DNA from: Candidatus Methylomirabilia bacterium
GTDB taxonomy: Bacteria; Methylomirabilota; Methylomirabilia; Rokubacteriales; CSP1-6
Assembly (NCBI GenBank): GCA_041496385.1
Contig: JBGQEL010000011.1
Coordinates: 13,181-77,180, forward strand
Length of the DNA: 64,000 bases
Direction of reading: 5' to 3'
Of the stretch, positions 62,643-64,000 are shown piece by piece. A program made the translations under genes and the position numbers. The notes beneath the pieces are model-generated. The model was not told the origin of the DNA. It saw nothing but the letters and a program-made list of their open reading frames with translations, and did no database searches. Numbering within the stretch: position 1 is the stretch's first letter; each line of letters opens with the position of its first letter.

Positions 62643-63578
62643 TCAGCGGCGGTGAAACGCCGGAATCACCTCGGCGGCGAGCCGCTCGAGCTGGTCGAGC
62701 ATCCGCTCCGACGGCCCCATCGGCCGCAGGATGAACTTCGAGCCGCCGCCCGCGACGTACTGCTCGAGCCGCTCCCGCACGACGTCCCCGGGCCCGAAGG
62801 CGGTGCACGCCGCGAGCGTCGCCTCGTCCACCCGGCCGCGCGGAATGAACGGTGCGGCGGTCGCGCGCGCCCGAGCGGGGTCGTCGTCGAGCCAGAAGTT
62901 CACGAGGACACCGAAGTGATCGCTCGGCACCGTACGCCCGGCCTCGACCGCGAACGCGCAGGTCCTGTCCACGCCGGACCGAAACGCCTCGGGGGCGATG
63001 AACGACGGGATCCAGCCGTCGCCGAGCCGGCCGGCCCGGCGCATCGCCGCCTCGCTGTTGCCGCCGATCCAGAGCGGCATGGGCTGCTGCACGGGGCGCG
63101 GCAGGACCGTGATCCGGTCGAGCTTCCAGAACTCGCCGGCGACGCTCACCTCGCTCTCGCTCCAGCAGCGGCGCATGATCCGGATGGCCTCGTCGGTCCT
63201 GCGCCCGCGCTCCTTGAACGGCACGCCGGCGGCGTGGAACTCGCGCTCCTGCTCGACGCCGATCCCGACCGCGGGCAGGACGCGGCCGCGCGAGAGGTAG
63301 TCGAGCATCGCGAGCTCGCGCGCCGCGAGCACGGGGGAGCGGAACGGCGCCACGAGCACGCTCGGCCCGAACTTGAGCCGTCGCGTTCGCGCCGCCACCG
63401 CCGCCATCGCCGTCATCGGCTCGAGGACGGTGAGCGGTGACGAGAGGCGGTCCGAGAACCAGAGCGAGTCGATCTCGGTGCGCTCGCAGACGTCCACGAG
63501 CCTCCAGAAGAGCTCGGCGCCTTCGGGTCCGGCGGGCCAGGGCCCGGGCATGACACCGATCCGGTGCTTGATTTCCAT
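62643..63578 (-). CDS. LLM class flavin-dependent oxidoreductase
   Basis: SLWFSD, LDYLSRGR, PRPVQQPMPLWIGG, RAGRLGDGW; start ATG 63578. Confidence 0.88.
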   Translation of the reverse strand: MEIKHRIGVMPGPWPAGPEGAELFWRLVDVCERTEIDSLWFSDRLSSPLTVLEPMTAMAAVAARTRRLKFGPSVLVAPFRSPVLAARELAMLDYLSRGRVLPAVGIGVEQEREFHAAGVPFKERGRRTDEAIRIMRRCWSESEVSVAGEFWKLDRITVLPRPVQQPMPLWIGGNSEAAMRRAGRLGDGWIPSFIAPEAFRSGVDRTCAFAVEAGRTVPSDHFGVLVNFWLDDDPARARATAAPFIPRGRVDEATLAACTAFGPGDVVRERLEQYVAGGGSKFILRPMGPSERMLDQLERLAAEVIPAFHRR

Positions 63579-63703
63579 CCCGCGCACTCTAGCATGCAAC
63601 CGAGATCGCTCGTCGCGAGTTGACCGTGATGGGGAACTGTGGTTACGTTGTTGATCCGTTCAGCGCCAGATGATCCATTTCCGGAATTATAGGGGAGGGC
63701 GTG

Positions 63704-64000
63704 ATGGTTCGGCATCGTCGATCGCTCGGTGCGGTGTCGGCGACGGTGTTCTTCCTCGCCGTCTGCATGCACGCGCGCGGCGACGCCCAGACCGTCACAC
63801 CTGTCATCTTTGTCTGCGTGAAGGTCAAGTCCTTCGAGTGGCGCGATGACGACGTCGAAGGGCGACTCCGCATCATCCCGTCCGGCCAGTCCTGCCGGAG
63901 CAACGAAGTCCTCATCAGCTGGAGCACGGCGGGCTCGCCGGGACCGAGCGGCCCTCCGGGCCCGCCCGGGCCGAAGGGTGATCCGGGACCGGTGGGGCCC
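63704..64000 (+). CDS. Secreted collagen-like protein (5' part, runs off the window)
   Basis: GGGGAGG RBS, signal-like N-terminus, IFVCVK...GRLRII...C..NE..ISW, then G-X-Y repeats from 63932. Confidence 0.75.
   Translation, partial: MVRHRRSLGAVSATVFFLAVCMHARGDAQTVTPVIFVCVKVKSFEWRDDDVEGRLRIIPSGQSCRSNEVLISWSTAGSPGPSGPPGPPGPKGDPGPVGP

Noticed and set aside
63643..63927. 94-aa minus-strand ORF
   Set aside because: Antisense to the collagen-like gene, which has an RBS, signal peptide and G-X-Y repeats.

Overview
A very GC-rich, densely coding bacterial chromosome segment. The composition and gene style suggest Methylomirabilota/Rokubacteria, but that is inference only. 1-21 kb is core housekeeping: rpsB-tsf-pyrH-frr-uppS-dxr-rseP-ispG-ferredoxin-proS, then rimP-nusA-ylxR-infB-DUF503-rbfA-nrnA-truB-ribF and rpsO-pnp-M16 peptidase. 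21-39 kb holds a large pur operon (purB,C,S,Q,L,F,M,N,H, an inserted MerR-HTH/TPR gene, purD,E) running into tsaC-mobA-thiI, then rpiB-glyA-nrdR. Several palindromic or tandem intergenic repeats sit in this region. 39-64 kb is accessory: a B12 radical SAM protein with an unusual C-terminal domain, a YceI/monoheme/pentaheme cytochrome c trio, an acyl-CoA cluster, a HisKA-only sensor, a deleted amidase and a collagen-like protein. The top candidate novelty is an unannotated minus-strand membrane protein (55451-55077) with an in-frame UGA followed by a SECIS-like hairpin, i.e. a candidate selenoprotein. It lies just downstream of a secreted intradiol-dioxygenase-like gene and may be co-transcribed with it. 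Many genes look leaderless (-10 box 6-7 nt before the start codon). No rRNA, tRNA, CRISPR array, integrase or transposase was recognised. All family assignments come from motif recognition, not database searches.
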